From contig NC_087437.1 in NCBI RefSeq assembly GCF_036321535.1, positions 1,736,001 through 1,800,000 of the forward strand: a stretch of DNA of 64,000 nucleotides, given 5' to 3'. The DNA comes from Camelus dromedarius. Lineage: Eukaryota. The notes below the pieces were generated by a model. The model ran no database searches. It had not been told where the DNA came from and was given only the letters and a program-made list of their open reading frames with translations. Position numbers and translations under genes: made by a program. Below, in pieces: positions 24,778 through 39,323 of the stretch (positions are counted from its first letter, which is position 1; each line of letters opens with the position of its first letter).

Positions 24778-25477
24778 AGTGACTTTATGTATCTTTCTGA
24801 TATTTATGTTTATGATGATCTTATTGAAATGATGAGTTTTAAATGCTGGCAAAATGAATCATGTTATACTCTTCATTTCACCAAACCCTAAGAAACAGGT
24901 AACCTGAGACTGAGTCCATGAAGGATAAACTTCAGTCAGAACACACTAACACCTCAGATGTCTAAGTCTCAGGACATCACCTCTGCAAAACAACGTTTCT
25001 ACAGCAAAACATGACTAGCATCTTCTCATGAAATGACGGTCTTTACACAGTGACACTTGTGCGAAGGCGATGGCGACCTTTCCTTCTCTGAATTCTTAAC
25101 ACTCACCGCACGCACTGGGCGTTGGGACACGCCGCCCTTTTGCTGTTCTCTCCTCTGTGTCCTGCTCTCCACTCCCGTCCACAGTGGGCCCTGCATGCCT
25201 TTCACTGCAGAGCAACTGTTCACGGTTCATAACATATAGGATATTGAAAGGTGGTGTTTTTATAGAGTGTTACTTTTTTTTTTTTAAAAAAATGGCTGTG
25301 TTACAACAATCTTTTCTGATTCTCTGTGAGGTCACTTATGACCATTTTCTACAAGAAGGAAACAGAGAACAAGAGGGGTTGAGAAACTTACACAAACTCA
25401 AACATTTCTTAAGTAGCATCACAGAGATTGAAGCACATGTATTTTTTTCTCCATTTTCAGAGCCCTTTCCTCGCCGT

Positions 25478-25665
25478 CACTGCTGGTCAGTGTGTGTCCC
25501 CAGAGCTGCGGTCTCACCGCCTGCTGGGAACTGGTTACAGACGCAGATGCTCAGGCCCCACTCCTGGCCCACTGCAACGAATTCCAGAAGGAGGGCTCCA
25601 CAGTCTGGGGTGTCAGCAAGCCCTCCAAGCAACCTGGATGCACTCAAGTTGGGGAAGCTGCGCTC
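25478..25665. mobile_element. MER5A-like hAT-Charlie fossil
   Basis: ctgggaactggttacagacgcagatgctcaggcccca...caagccctccaagcaacctggatgcactcaagttggggaa. Confidence 0.75.
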
Positions 25666-26594
25666 TACATCATGAGGATAAAACATTAAATTGTTCGCCT
25701 GACCATGTTTAGCAATTTCACAGCAATAAAACACGTGAAGGCAAGAACATTACAGGTTATGAAAGTCTTTAAATAACCAGATTCCACTAATTCAGGTTCT
25801 CCTTATTCTAATACACTCAGTGTAGAATAATTCAGAAGAGGGAAACAGAGACAAAACAAAAATTATGCATTAGGTACAGATTTACTTTTTCTCGTCACTT
25901 TTCAACTTTCCAGATACTCCTCCTACTTGCACCGGCCCCGCCCCAGGGAACAGAGCAGAGGCCAGAGTTCCCAGGCACCCCCTCCTCCTTAGCTGCTTCC
26001 GCCAGCAGCCGCCCTGGCATGGGCTCCTGCAGTGCGGAGCCAGCCAGAGGGGCCCGTGGGCACCTGGCACCACGGGAGCGGCCGCCAGCTGGTTCTGACT
26101 CACTCTTTCAGTAATCATGCAGCACAGCGAACTACGTGCTAGGCACACAGGATTCAAAAACAGCCCTTTGTCCTTGAGAAATCTGCAACTGAGTGGGAAA
26201 AATACGCAAATAAGTAGTATTCAAATTACGCCCAAAGGATGCGGAGTTAAGGACAGGAGCTCTTGAAGTGAACAGCGGTGATGAAGCCTACACCCTTATC
26301 TTTCGAGAATCAGCTCCACATTCATCTGCCCCGCCCCCCCATCTGCAATGGCACGGTGGCCTGAAGCTGGTTGTTGCCACCACTCCATTTGGCACGCTGC
26401 TGAACTGCTGGCTCGGTCCCCACCAGTGTTTCTCTAGCCCCATCATCAGTCCCATGACACTTCTCTGCTTTCCGTTGAATGCTTTTCCACCAGCCACCGT
26501 TCTCACCCTGTACGATGTGGAAACGCCTTGAGCAAATATCTGTTACCCATCGAAATTCTCCCAAGTTGGCTCTGGTTGGAAGACAGCCTCCGTA

Positions 26595-26890
26595 AATTGT
26601 GATGTCAGTCCAGCTGCCCACCCAGTACTCCAGTTCTCCCAGGCGCTGGTGGGCTGCACGTACCTGCCCCCTGAACTGGGATGCAGCACTTGGCTGCAGC
26701 CAATGAAGTGCACGCGGAAGTCTGGAGGCTCACTTCCAGGCAGGAGCACCCCAGGCCTTCCCCTCTGGCAGGAGTCAGCAGTGTCTGAGATGTGGCTCCC
26801 CCACCAGCCTAGGACTGTGCTGAGCGGAAGTCCCCCTGCCTACCCATACCAGCTGTGTGGCTACGCATGAAATAAACAGACATCTAAGAC
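26595..26890 (+). mobile_element. Old MLT1 (I/J-like) LTR
   Basis: gccaatgaagtgcacgcggaagtctggaggctcacttccaggcag...gagatgtggctcc...cagcctagg...gaaataaac. Confidence 0.6.
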
Positions 26891-28369
26891 ACCGGACTCC
26901 CGGACTCCCAGGGCCGCCCTCTGTGGATGCCCCACATGGCCTCGGAGGGTGCAGGAGGTCTAATGTCACTTGATCCACAATGTCTCCTGCACGGCCTGTG
27001 CTGACAAAATGTGCTCTACCCTAAATTAAGCTGCCAAGGAAAAATGTCTTTTAAATTATTCTGGCAGTTATAACCTGTTGGGAACCAAGACGGATACATA
27101 TGGCCCCTGGAAAGTGAAGAATTCCTACAGAACTATACCAGAAAATTTATAAGCAGTCAAGCATGTCTCTGTAGGCATTAAAAAATGAAACTGATGCTAT
27201 AAAGGCCAGATAGTCAAAAGCATTTACTAAAGAGAAAAGCCTTTAGCCAAGGATAACATAATTTATGAAAAAAATAACTCAAATATAAAAACCATATAAT
27301 TGTTATGGTTGAGGAAGGAATTAAATAAGATGAACAGTAGCATGGATAGCTAGTGGTGACAATTTAGGAGTGAAAAATGATCATTTTTCAAAAATAAAAT
27401 TAAGGCCATCTTAATGATAAGAACCAAGTTTATAAAACTTGGGTTGCTGATGGTGGTACTATCTGGTAACCAATAATTAAGTATTTTGAGGTAATTTAGA
27501 AGCTAATATTCACTAAATGCTCTGAAAAGATCATTCTCTTATACAGGATAAGCCAAAAGTGAAATTCAAACAATATGAACATCAACAGAATTTAAAACAC
27601 ATGATAACAATGAAGTCCTTATAATTCCTGCCCACATCTACAGGCACGCATAACACCATCACACACACACTGAATGCCGTCCCATACCATTTTCTCAGAA
27701 GCAAGCAGATGACCATCTCATATTTTTCCCATCACAGCCCCTACACCCCAGCCCTTTTCTCTTAAGAACCCAGTGCTGTGTCCCAGAGCATGGGAGCCAG
27801 GGCCATGCCTGCTAGTGAGATCTCTGTAGAACAAGCGGCCATATTAACGATCTGGACAAAGCAGAAGTTAAAAAGGATCTTTTTGATACATTGGATCACA
27901 CTGGTGTTGGGGGAAATATAATGTTCTAAGTTGTCTTACGTGAGGCTTTCACAATCATTAGGTTTCTGGAAGATGAGTTCACTTGTGGCATATCTAAACT
28001 ATGTCATTATCGTAATAGAAATCTATTGTAGCTTATTAGAGAAGTACCCATCATTCTGAATGAAAATTCTAAAAGTTGGCTACTTATCCAATAATTAAAC
28101 TCTTAACTCAATGTGAACTATCTTAAAATGTTATAAAATAGTGTTGGATTTTTCAATTCGGTTTTGAAGGCTTAGGTATATACCTAGCCCTTCCTGCCTT
28201 AAAAATTCTTATTTTTTGTTCCTTTGTTTGAATTATATAATAACAATATGCAAGATCACTTAGTTCATCGCACTGTTAAGTTAAATGTTGAACAGCACAC
28301 TGGGTTAATGGTTTGTTTGCCTGAGTCAGGCACTGGGGTGGTATCCGTCTAAATTAATGGATTCAACCT

Positions 28370-28720
28370 AAGTCAACAATCATTTGTTGGAAAGCTCTCC
28401 TATGTCAGATAAGTGCTCAGGAAGCTTACAGTCTTGTGGAAGAGAAAAATAAATACCAAAAATATTATTTGGTAAGTGCTGTATTCATGGTATGGGAATA
28501 ATGACAAATATGTTTTAGGGTTAGCTCTAGAATAATTGACATTTTAGTCTGCCCCGGCAGCCTAGTAGGAGTTTGCAAAAATGATTAGGACAAGAGACTG
28601 GGAATGGATGGAACATCCCAGGCAGAAGGAAACACATGAGAAAAGATGTGGAGGCATGGAAGTACACAGAACGATCAGTGTGTGACTTAGATGACACCCT
28701 CCTTAGCACAATGGTGATAA
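28370..28720 (-). mobile_element. L2 fragment
   Basis: caacaatcatttgttg...ctcaggaagcttacagtcttgtgg...catcccaggcagaaggaaacacatgagaaaagatgtggaggcatgg. Confidence 0.7.
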
Positions 28721-31669
28721 CAAATCAACCTGCATGGCTTTGAGCATATGAAGTACATGGAAGGAACTCAGTAAATGGGTCTTATTTGTTCAATGAGATA
28801 ATTTCTAACTTGCACAAAGCACTCAGAGTAATTTATAATTAATTATAAACATTTTATTTCCACAAAAATGAAAACATCTTCTATGAGTCCAATGTCTTAG
28901 ATAGGAAACATTTTGTGGTACTCAAGAACATACTTTGTTCAATTTTGACTTAAAATGCATATGTCACTTGAAAAACATTGATCAAATTTAGCAAATGGAA
29001 ATAATTGTGTCAAATGTTTGAGAGACTTTGGAGATGTGTTCTTTGGTAGATAACATGACATAAAATTAATTCTGAGACTTTAACAGGGCTTCCCTCCAAT
29101 AAAATAAAACCTCCTGGAACAGGATCTACTGTCATAACTTTGCCCAGACAGACAAGACGAAGGTCCACCCTATCATGGTGAGGATATAAAAAGAGTGGTT
29201 CCTTTCACAGTTTCATGCAAATTCCTTGAAATATTTTAAACCCTCTTTTAAAGTATTACATTATAGATATATGAATAATGGTTTTCAAAATGTCAAATAA
29301 ATTTATATGAACTTGGACTCTTTTGCCAAAGCTTTAAGGAAATAACTTTAAAAACAACTTTGGTCCAATTGATAAAGCCACAGTCTGGACCATATTTATG
29401 CCAGACCAAAAATAGCTGCATAATGTTAATATGAATTCCCCTGCATTCATGAATGATTCACTGTGTTTGCTAATTAATTGACTTCTCCACAGCATATATC
29501 ATAGCAGATATCCATCAACCCTGCCCAGATTTCCTGAGAGTCTTCCCTTCTTAAGATTCAAGTTCACTGGTCTCCCCCAGCTCTTTAATCACCTTCTCAA
29601 GCTTGCTGTGGGATTCTTTTCCTTCCATCTTCCCTTAAGGGTTGCTGGCACCTGGTCCTCTGCTTGTCTGGTTTTCTAGAGAGCGTAATGTGAAAGTAGT
29701 CTACAGACCAAATCTGACCCTTATGTGCATTTTATTTGTTCCTCAAAATATCACAAATTTAAATTTTAAAATCAGAATGGTTCATGTTACCATTTGAAAA
29801 ATTGGGAGCCCTGGCATCGTATCTACCGGCTACAGCTGAGTGGCAATGCCCCCATGAGAAAGGTGGGTGCTTCCAGCAGGCCACTGTCTACTGACACCTG
29901 GCCAAGCTGCGGCTGCAGCTTATCACCCGAAGGTGGGCGCTCCAGCTCATTTCTCTGGACTCTACACAGAGTTGGTGGGCCCTGTGAAGCTGATGGATGC
30001 AGTAATTCTCTGCAACCCCACTCATTCTCATGGCTCATCTTGGTGTGGACAAGTTCCATAGTGACAGCTGCCCCACTTCATCAGTCTGTAATTGTCTACT
30101 GAGCACCTATTACATGCCCTCAACCATGCCAGTTGCCAGGAGCTCAAAAACAAATGAGAAGCAGCCCCACTCTAAGTAAGCCTGCAGCCCAGGGTAGGGG
30201 AGCCAGGCAAGCACATCAGTCTGCTGGGCTCTGGCCCAGAGTCCCCAGACCAAGGGGACCTCGCACATGGACACTGCAAAACCCACACAAACCTAGTCCG
30301 TTCAGCCTAATGGTCCTACAAGAAGCCCTCTTCTGAGCATTGCATGTGGCAAGGGCAAGGGCCTGACAGTTCCTCTTCCTTTTTTCAGTTAAAATTCCAT
30401 AGAAACTTTCAAACAACGTTGTAAACCACGCAAATGTCAGGTCTTTGCAGTAATTTCTAAAAACAAAGCACCAACGGGATGAGGACTTCATGGCCACACT
30501 CCAGCTGCTTGGTAAGCCACGCCTCCTCCCGGGCCCTGCCTTGTGGAAAGAAACTCCCCAACCTGGGAAGCAGGTGACGAGCAAAGAGAAGGCTGCTCCC
30601 AGAAAGCCTCCCTGAGTCTTCCTGTCACCTGATGGTCACGGAGAGTATGCAGCTCATGAACAGCAAAGCCAGAGCCCCTCCTTGTGAGCTGCGCCACCCC
30701 AGTTAGTGACTACACTGAAAAGGCAGAAAGGGATGATGCCAGCTTGGGGGACAGGACAGACACAGGAAAAGGAACCAGCAAAGCCACCTCTCAGGGAGGT
30801 TCCTTCTGCCTGTTGGCTCCCACAGCCAGGAAACCATGCCAGCAGCATAACACAATTTGGGTTTCTTTCTTTTTCTCTCTTTTTTCCCTTAAAACATTAT
30901 CCAGCCACCAAAGTGATTTCCCCCCCCCACTAGGGCCTGAATGTGCCTTCTGCCTCCTTCCTTCCAAGTTCATGATATTGTGGGGTGAGGAGTGCCTTAA
31001 ATTCCTGCGTCCTAAGCCTAGCACAAAGCAGCTGGGCTGGCAGATATGAGCAGACCCAGGTGAGGGACTTAATTTCCACAGAAAAGGAATAAAGAACAAA
31101 TTCTTTAGCATGACATCCAACAGCATCTTCCTTTCCAGGTAAGGGGGCAAGTACCCTGAATAAATAAGGATGAGTTGCAGACAGGGCAATAGGAAAGCAC
31201 TTGGAGTCAAAATTACATTGATCTTTGGAAAATATGAAAATTCAGTATTTCTGAACCTGCCTCAGAATTAACAGAAGGAAACATTAATTAAAAGACAAAA
31301 TTAATGAAAGAAGATCTATTCCTAGAGTGATTAAAAAAAAGAAAAAAAGACTTCCAAGATAAAGATGGCAGATTGAAAGTGTGTACCCATCAGCTCAGCC
31401 CACTGCCAGAACCTGGCGTCAGCAAGCAGCCGAGAGCAGTGTCTGGTTCACAGTAGTGACTTGGTGAATACGTGTTGCAGAAAAACTGGAATGTTTTTAA
31501 TACAATAAATGCAGTTTGTTGTAATGCATAATCCCAAAGTATCAAGGGACTGGCATGGAGAATTCATTATGAGGAATGAATTACATGTTCCTCAGCATAA
31601 CATTCAAGGTATTTCACAGTTTGACACCATCTTTCATCCCAACTTTATTTCCTATCACAAGCCCCAGGA

Positions 31670-31785
31670 GAGCCACAAGCATCGGGTCAGGGAGAAGGGC
31701 TCTGGGTCACACAGACCTGGGCCCAATTCTTAGTTCTGGCACTTCCTAGCTGTGGAACTTTGGCCCAGTTACTTGAACACTAAGA
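31670..31785 (+). mobile_element. MIR fragment
   Basis: ggctctgggtcacacagacctgggcccaattcttagttctggcacttcctagctgtggaactttggcccagttacttgaac. Confidence 0.8.
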
Positions 31786-31799
31786 AAAAGAATAAAAGG

Positions 31800-32900
31800 T
31801 ATTTTTAAACAGTGATGAAGACACGTAAATACTGATACCATGTGTTATGGAACAGTGAGACACAGGAGAGCACAGAGGCTGGGATTTAATCCGTGTGACA
31901 CTCAGAACAGAAGAAACCAATCTATGGGGACAGGTACCGGACCAGGGATGCCTGGGTGGAGGGGAGGGACTGGTGTAAAAGGGGTTTCAAGGACTTTTAT
32001 GAGACTCTTGGAATGTTTCATACTTTAAGTGCAGTGGGTAAAAAAAACTCATCAAAAGGTACAGTCAAAAATCTCTGCATTTTATTATATGTAAATTATA
32101 CTTTATTAAAAAATAAAGAGAATGGGAAAAATAACAATAAAATATTTTTAATGAGGTGTGATTTAATAGTCAATAAAGAATATGGTTTTATAACTTAATT
32201 AAACTACTGATTGATAATTACCTCATAATAGCATGGTACTTTTTATTAAAATGGATTTTCCCCCCAATAAAATGTCAACTGTTAAAAATATGAAATATAC
32301 AGAAAAGCATAAAGGAAAAATTACTTCAAATTTACTACTCAATAAAAGCATCATTAACATTTGCTTTAGCTATTTTTAGACATTTTTCTATGCATAGGTT
32401 TTTAAAAATTATTCTGCTAATACAATTTAAACATGCAGGGGGGAATTAAGATTTAAGAAAAAAGGCAAAGAACTAAAAATTAAATTTCTTATCAGTTTAA
32501 AAATAGAGCTACCAGATATTGATTAAAAATAAATATGTTCAGGAATATGTTTATGTCAAATGATTTCCAAAATATAAGGGAGGAAAAAGTACAGTGCTTA
32601 ATGATACCTGTACTGTGATTTACATGTCTGTATACTGATGCATGCATGAAAAATTTCTGCAAGAACACATAGGGACCATTAGCAATTATTAGCTCTGTCA
32701 CTGCAGATTTTTCTTCTAATCAGTTTTCTTTTGAGTGTAGGTGGGAGTAAATTTTCATTTTTTGTTTTATACATTTTGATAACGTCTGAATTATTCACCA
32801 TGATACACACATACATACATATATATTATGTGTAATGTGTGTATCTGTGTGTGTGTGTACTGTTTGCACATGTTGATTATACACTTACTAATTTAAAAAG
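31800..32900 (+). mobile_element. Cluster of L1M 3'-end fragments
   Basis: actcatcaaaaggtacagtcaaaaatctctgcattttattatatgtaaattatac; further L1ME-like 3' UTR at 32500-32900. Confidence 0.6.
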
Positions 32901-32964
32901 AAAGATCTTTAAGATGTAGTTTGTCATACAATAAGGGAACATTGCAAATAGAGAAAACCCAAGG

Positions 32965-33105
32965 GCTCTCATTTCACAGCTGAGAAAATTTTAAGGCAGA
33001 GAAGTTGAGTAACTTGCATAAGGTCACACAGCTAAATAGGTGTCTAGCTCAACCTGGAGAACAGGCCTCTTGGTTCCCAGGCTAAATTTCCTTCCTTACT
33101 GTAGC
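32965..33105 (-). mobile_element. MIR fragment
   Basis: atttcacagctgagaaaattttaaggcagagaagttgagtaacttgcataaggtcacacagct. Confidence 0.8.
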
Positions 33106-34129
33106 CCCAGGGTATAACATAATCAAAGGTTGTTAAAATTAAGAATGAGAGTCATAAATTGATGAATGTAACATTCAATAGTAATGCATATAATTAGAAT
33201 AATGTACATTTTACTTTTAAATTAAATGAACAGATAAGCAAAGGGACTCTTTATAGTCTATCATAGTTTGCGTTAATGTAATAAAAGAATTACCCACACT
33301 TAACACAACCATACTAATGAAAATTAATGTCCAAGCCTTTTTATTTTATTAGCTTTGATAGTTCTGAAATAAATTGGTGCATTTTATTAATTTAAATCAT
33401 TTTAAATGCATTTTTCTGACTTTACAAGAACCTTAGCATCTATTAGTAAAATATTTTTGAGAAAATATCTATCACTGCTCTTTCTATGAAAACACCTAAC
33501 TTTCTATGTGATATCTGCCTATTTTTCTTACACTGGTTTAAAATATTTAAATTATTCTTATATGAAATGATTTTTCAACTGCTAAGCATTTAAGAATGAA
33601 AAAATGACCCATTATCTGATCCTAATTAAGGATCACAGCAATGAAGCCTCACTTAGGAGGAGCTGTCAACCACATAGTGGCTAGCAGGTCTTCCAGAAGA
33701 AGTGTGTGTTGTAATTTGTTAGCCTAAACCCAGTTTAACTCCTGAAGTACAGTCAACTTTGGGGAAGTAGAATTGTAATGCTTCTGAAAACAGCACCCTC
33801 CCCATCCATGGAAAGAAAAGGACTTTGCTCCTGATCCCCCAATAAAACCTCTCACACCAAACATGCTGCAAACAGATAATGTTAATATTTAAAAACCAAA
33901 CCAATTAATAAACTTTCAGCACTTATAAAGCCTTCCATGATAATTCAGTGCAATATCTAATATCCCTAACATTTAAGGTTTCTTATACTTAATTCAAATA
34001 GCTTTCTAGTTTTGCTAGTTAAACATGGAGAACATAATTCACAAGACAAGAACTATGTACACTGACCCCTGGAGAACTCCATGAGATAAGATGGATCACC
34101 TTATAAAAAGCATTTGGGCCCCATCCATG

Positions 34130-34530
34130 TACAAAGAATTTATGACCAACAGGCATCTGAGGAAAGCCTCCAAAATGAAGGAGAGAGACCAAAACAACCA
34201 AACATAAAAAAAGACACTGGAAGAAGCAGAGGCAATGAACAGTGCAGAAGGAAAAAAAAAAAAAAAAAAAAAAAAAAGAATATCCTGAGATGGCTAAGAA
34301 AAAAATACTGTGCAACAGTGCAGGGGGAAAGACAAAGAGATGGACAATAGAAAAGAAAAAGAGATGAAAATAGGAAAATCAACCCAGCAAGCCCAATAGG
34401 AAACTAGCAAGCATTCTGAAAAGAAATAAAAGACAAAAAGAGAGAAGGAAATGATCAAAGAAGTAATACCAAAAATAAAAAATTCCCGAACATGAATTTC
34501 CACATATGAAGGACACACAGAGCACCTGGT
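34130..34530 (+). mobile_element. Decayed L1 ORF1-region fragment containing a long A run (about 34252-34277)
   Basis: A-rich; gaaggaaatgatcaaagaagtaatacc...aattcccgaac...aatttccacatatgaaggacacacagagcacc. Confidence 0.6.
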
Positions 34531-35169
34531 ACTGCCGGTGTTCCTTACAGACTTACAGTGCTACCTGGCTTTCTACAGTGTATGTGTTGGCTGCTAAAAA
34601 ATTAAAATATTTAAATTCAAAACACTGCCTATAACACAATCTCTCACTGTATATAGAACAGAGTTTATTTTGGCATCACCCTCAGAATAATACAATTTAT
34701 ATATTTGAGTCACATATAAGTTGCCCGTAACCTTTCAAGCCGTAGTCATTCCATTTCTTTAAGTCTGGACCAGTGGGTCTTATTCCACTTGTAAGTTTAT
34801 TTAGTAGAGCTCTCATTCTTCAGCCCTGCCTATGCTTTTATTTTGTATTATCCCATATTGGAAATGGAGTTCTCACCAGAGTCTGATCAGCAGTAACATT
34901 AATCTTGATAAGAGAGGTCGATGTTATACACCATATACACTCAGGGTTTCCATGCGGTCTCACTCACTCATGCTTATCACATGGTTTAGGTTGGCTACAG
35001 CACTCAAATCATTTTCTCTCACATCTACATATACATAGTTCAACTATTTCCTATCTGTATTTTTATTTTTCTACCCATTGGGACTCATTCTCTGCCCCTC
35101 AGGTGCCCATGTTTGTTCATAATCTGTCCATCTCCCTCTCTCTCCCTGTATTTCCTCCATTTATTGACT

Positions 35170-35635
35170 GCCTATGCTGGCCAAATGGATGATGATTTTG
35201 AGGATGATGACTCCAGAGGCAGGGTGCAGAACAAGGAGTGAAAAAAGACAAGAGATGACAAGAGATGAACTAGGGCTATGTAACAGAGATGCAGACGAGG
35301 AAAGATTCTAGAGATACTTAAACCAGCCAGGGTTTAGTAACTCTTGGAATGGAGAGCACAGGGAAGTCTAGGATGAGTCTCTGGCTTCTAGTCTACATAA
35401 GAGGGTGAGTAACAAGAGTCCCATCAAGAAAGAACACAGACTCTTTACTTATCAAGACTAATGACAATGGCCATAATAATTACCTGGTGTTAAGGTTGTA
35501 GTTACAGTAGAAAAGCAACAGGCTTGGAGACCAGAGTTGAGACTTAAACCCAGGGTTCTGCTACCATTTAGTGTGTGTAAGCTTGGGTGATGCCCAGAAT
35601 ACTCACTCAGGGCTCAGTTTACTCAGCTTGGAGAG
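35170..35635. mobile_element. L2 fragment followed by MIR fragment
   Basis: agattctagagatactta...gggaagtctaggatgagtctctggcttctag (L2); ggcttggagacc...ggttctgctaccatttagtgtgtgtaagcttggg (MIR). Confidence 0.6.
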
Positions 35636-38600
35636 AGGCTGAAGGAACCAGGTAAGACCTAGCATACCATGAGTCAGAGACCTCTCAGTAATCAACCTTT
35701 CAGGACAAATCTACAAGTCCAAAAATGCTGGAGAGGTATGAATGCCCAACACGGCTGATAAGAACAGCTCTCAAGCATCACACTTGCTCCCTGGGCCCTC
35801 ACCCTGGCCCTCCTGGATCCTGATTTTACCATAAACAGTTATGCCTAACAACTTTGGTTTCACAAGCCATGGAAAACAAAAAGCAAAACCACTAAGACAC
35901 AGAAGAGTTATTAGAGATGATAGAATAGCAGAAGAAATAACAGTTTATTAATTGGACCAAGAAGAAAGAAAAACTTAAACGTTGGCATAACACTCGACTA
36001 CTTCAGTTTTTAAATAGTGGTCCTGAGTCATCAGAAAAAAATGAAATTGCATTGAGAATCCTCTGACTAAGAAAGTATGGGAAAGTAAGAAGGTAGAAAG
36101 TGTATAATATATTTTATAAAGATTTCCATCAAAAATGGCTAAATTTAAAAGATTTTAGTCCTTGAAGGTGCAAGATTCAGTTACCTGGAAAACTAATTTA
36201 CGATCAGTTACCTGGAAAATTCCATCATTCTGGAAAATGACCAGATAAATGGGGTGTTACTGAATGCGCTACTGTAGTACAAATAAATGAATCAAGTTTA
36301 AAACAAAAGCCTACTTAATTTCTAGAAGCTCATTCTATCTGAACTGCAAAATATTTCCTGTGAATTCCTTGTATATTTAAAATATTAATGTGTAACACTT
36401 TGCATTGTTCAGATAAGCACTGTAAGTAGTAAACCAAAAGCGTTTGTTTCTTGAGAACAAGTTCTCCCACACATCACTTGCACAGAAGTCAGTACCCAGT
36501 ACAGATGGAAACATCAAAATAAATAATGGAATTAATTTAATTAGTTACACTAACAAGGAGGAAATAGTATAGATGATCCAAATAATTTTAAATATGTTAG
36601 AATTACTTACATTTAACTATCTGAGACATATTTAGGTAGTGACACAAATATTATTACTTACACACTAAATACGTTCTAACCAACCTCCATTCCCTCCTGG
36701 CTGAACTCAGAACACGGCTAGGGAAATTTCAGTCTCTATGAAAAAATCCAAAAGACCAGTTAACTGCCCAGATTGTTGGTAAATTCAGAGTTTTTCTTTT
36801 TTTTTTTTAAGCAAGTAAAAGTTAAATTTATTCTCAGTTTAGCCTTTCAAATACCCATTATTCAAATAAAGACTAAATCTCTGCCCTATTTCTCACTACA
36901 CTTAAGTGACTAAAGTCAAAATAAATGTGAACAATTCAATACAAAATTAAGGGTAAATAAAGGACTTACATTAAGCATTAACATGGGGCATGGATTAAGA
37001 TCAATCCAAAATTGAATTGTTCAAGTAAAAATGTGGGCTTATCAAAAAATTCACATTTAATATCAACTGAAAACTTCACATAGTCTGAGGGTCAGTACTT
37101 TGGTCTGACAACCAGGAACAGGTCCAACATTCAGAGCAGAGTTCACATTGTTCAAGTCTTTTTAGACTCTTAAATGAATCATTCATTCACTGCTACAGGA
37201 AGCACAGCTATTTTGGTGGAACATTCTAACAGCATAATCCCAACTACCGACAACAGATTTCCAAACCAATGAAAATTCAACAGAGATGATCAACTGTACA
37301 ATAAGGATTTTTCATTGAGGAACAAATTTTAATATCATTTATATTCGACCTTCTGGACAGTTGTCTGTTTCTATACATTGTGAAGTCACAGGGCAAGTAA
37401 CTAATTCAGAAAACACATGATCACACAAATTTGTTCTCTGATTTCAGAGACTCCCCAGTACTCCTCATGAAGCAAATGTAGGCTGATACTTCACGTGTGA
37501 ATTGAGCTACCATGGCTGACACCGTTATTTCTCATTCACGCACATATGCTCAGTTCACATTCAAGGTAATTTTGAAATAGATGATTTACCTTATTTGCCC
37601 ACCCATGTGAAACTAGGTGACACACTGGCAACGACATCACAAGTGAACAACAGAAATCCTGCTTTGTCTCTGCTGTTCATTCTAGCCATTCTCTTTTCCT
37701 TTGTAAAACACAAGTGGATCTGAAGTTCTGTCTTCCCTTCTTATTCCTTCTGACTCAGTTTTCTTCCTTTTCTCATGGTTTACAGTAGTTCTAAGAACTA
37801 ATTATTAGTAGATGTGTTCTGTAGGCTAATCACATAGGTTAACGATATGACAAAAGACAAATTTCCTTCAGTAATCTGGAAAGGTTTAAAATTTTAATAA
37901 GCACTTAGCCTTAAGAAAAAATCCATGAACTCTGATTGGAAGTATTTATGTCAGAGGGTGATGTACATCTGTAAGGGACACCATAGAAAATGTTCTTGCA
38001 CAGAAATATCTAAATCCTGCTCTTAGGCAAGTTGAAATGGGTCATTCTAAGACTCTGTGGTTTATTTTACTATTACTTGTAAATGCATGCAAATAAACTC
38101 ATTGCCGTTTTGAACTGATATAATTGGAATTTACATACAAATCACTGGTGTGAGGGTAAACTAGTCCTCGGTTTGGGGAATATAATTTAACATTACTTTT
38201 CAAGAGTCTTTAACAGCTCCTACTATTTAATTTAACTGTTATATTCCTACAGCTCTGTCCCGAGGAATATACTCCTAAGTGTAGAATTCTATCCAAAAAG
38301 ACTGTGATCACTTAATAATGAAAACTTAAAACTCTGCAACTATACAATGTTGAATTATGACTTACTTACATGATGGAATACTATTTTTTGACATTAAACA
38401 GTTGCTTATAAATATGTTAAAAAGAAGGAAAACTGGCTATGAAGTATTTGTATATATAGCGCTGTTTCAACTATGTAAAGCTACATTAAATAAACAGTAA
38501 AGAAGCATACCGAAATGGAATGCTGATTATTCGAGTAAAGAATTTTTTTCTTCTTTATATGTTACTACAATCTCTGTAAGGTTTCTTCCTTAATTCAGGG

Positions 38601-38699
38601 GGAAAAAAAATGAAGGTAATTGTTAAAGAATTAGTGAGTTTCATTTTCTATTTTGGTGATGTAACAGAGTGCCGGAATGGCTGGGGATAGGAAAAGTAC

Positions 38700-38738
38700 C
38701 TTCAGGCTTCTCTGTAACCACTAACGTGCCTTCCAGGT
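38700..38738 (-). CDS. Weak candidate exon (39 nt; xLEGTLVVTEKPE)
   Basis: Acceptor ctcttccccttgcag|, donor aag|gtactt, one open frame, symmetric phase 1-1. Confidence 0.18.
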
Positions 38739-39323
38739 CTGCAAGGGGAAGAGCCCAGGTCAGACCAGATGAAGCACTGCCTGGAGGAGGGCTTGCTGCT
38801 GCCCTGTCGAGGTGCTGCCACCATGCACTGCCTGACAGGCCAGCCCCAGCACCGGGGCAATGTGAGCACTGATGGCTTACACTTCTCTGCAGCAGTCCTG
38901 TTATGCCCTAAGTTACTGTTTTGTTCGTTCCCTTGTTTTGTTGAAAACTTCCACCCACAAAAGGACTTCAAGCATTCTAGGTTATTGGATATTTTGCAGC
39001 TTCTCAACCCCATATAACTCTCTCCACTGCAGGAAATGGATTCAAATTCTACCTCCCCCGACCCCAACCCCATGCCCTGCCACTATGCCCTCTGGCATTC
39101 ACTGTGAGCCATGCCTCTGCACCCTCCATTTCTTCTCCAAATAGCTCCACCACCTCTTTCTTTAACTGAAACCAAGCTGTCCCCTGAAGCCCCTTGTAGG
39201 TGGCAGCCGTTTTTCTCCATACCCCATATACCATCGCCCTGAAGATGGCATGTCATGGTTGGTTCCAGATCTTTTCCCTCACTCAAAACTTTCTACAAAT
39301 TTAAAGAATTAACCTTAAGCCAT

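Noticed and set aside
28832..28849. Perfect AT-only palindrome tttataattaattataaa (also a near-palindrome at 19682-19705)
   Set aside because: Low-complexity AT palindromes are common in AT-rich DNA and no supporting context was seen.
37185..37294. Minus-strand frame containing VVGSWDYAVRMF (WD40-like)
   Set aside because: No good donor after the motif, the frame soon hits a stop, and there is no other WD40 evidence.
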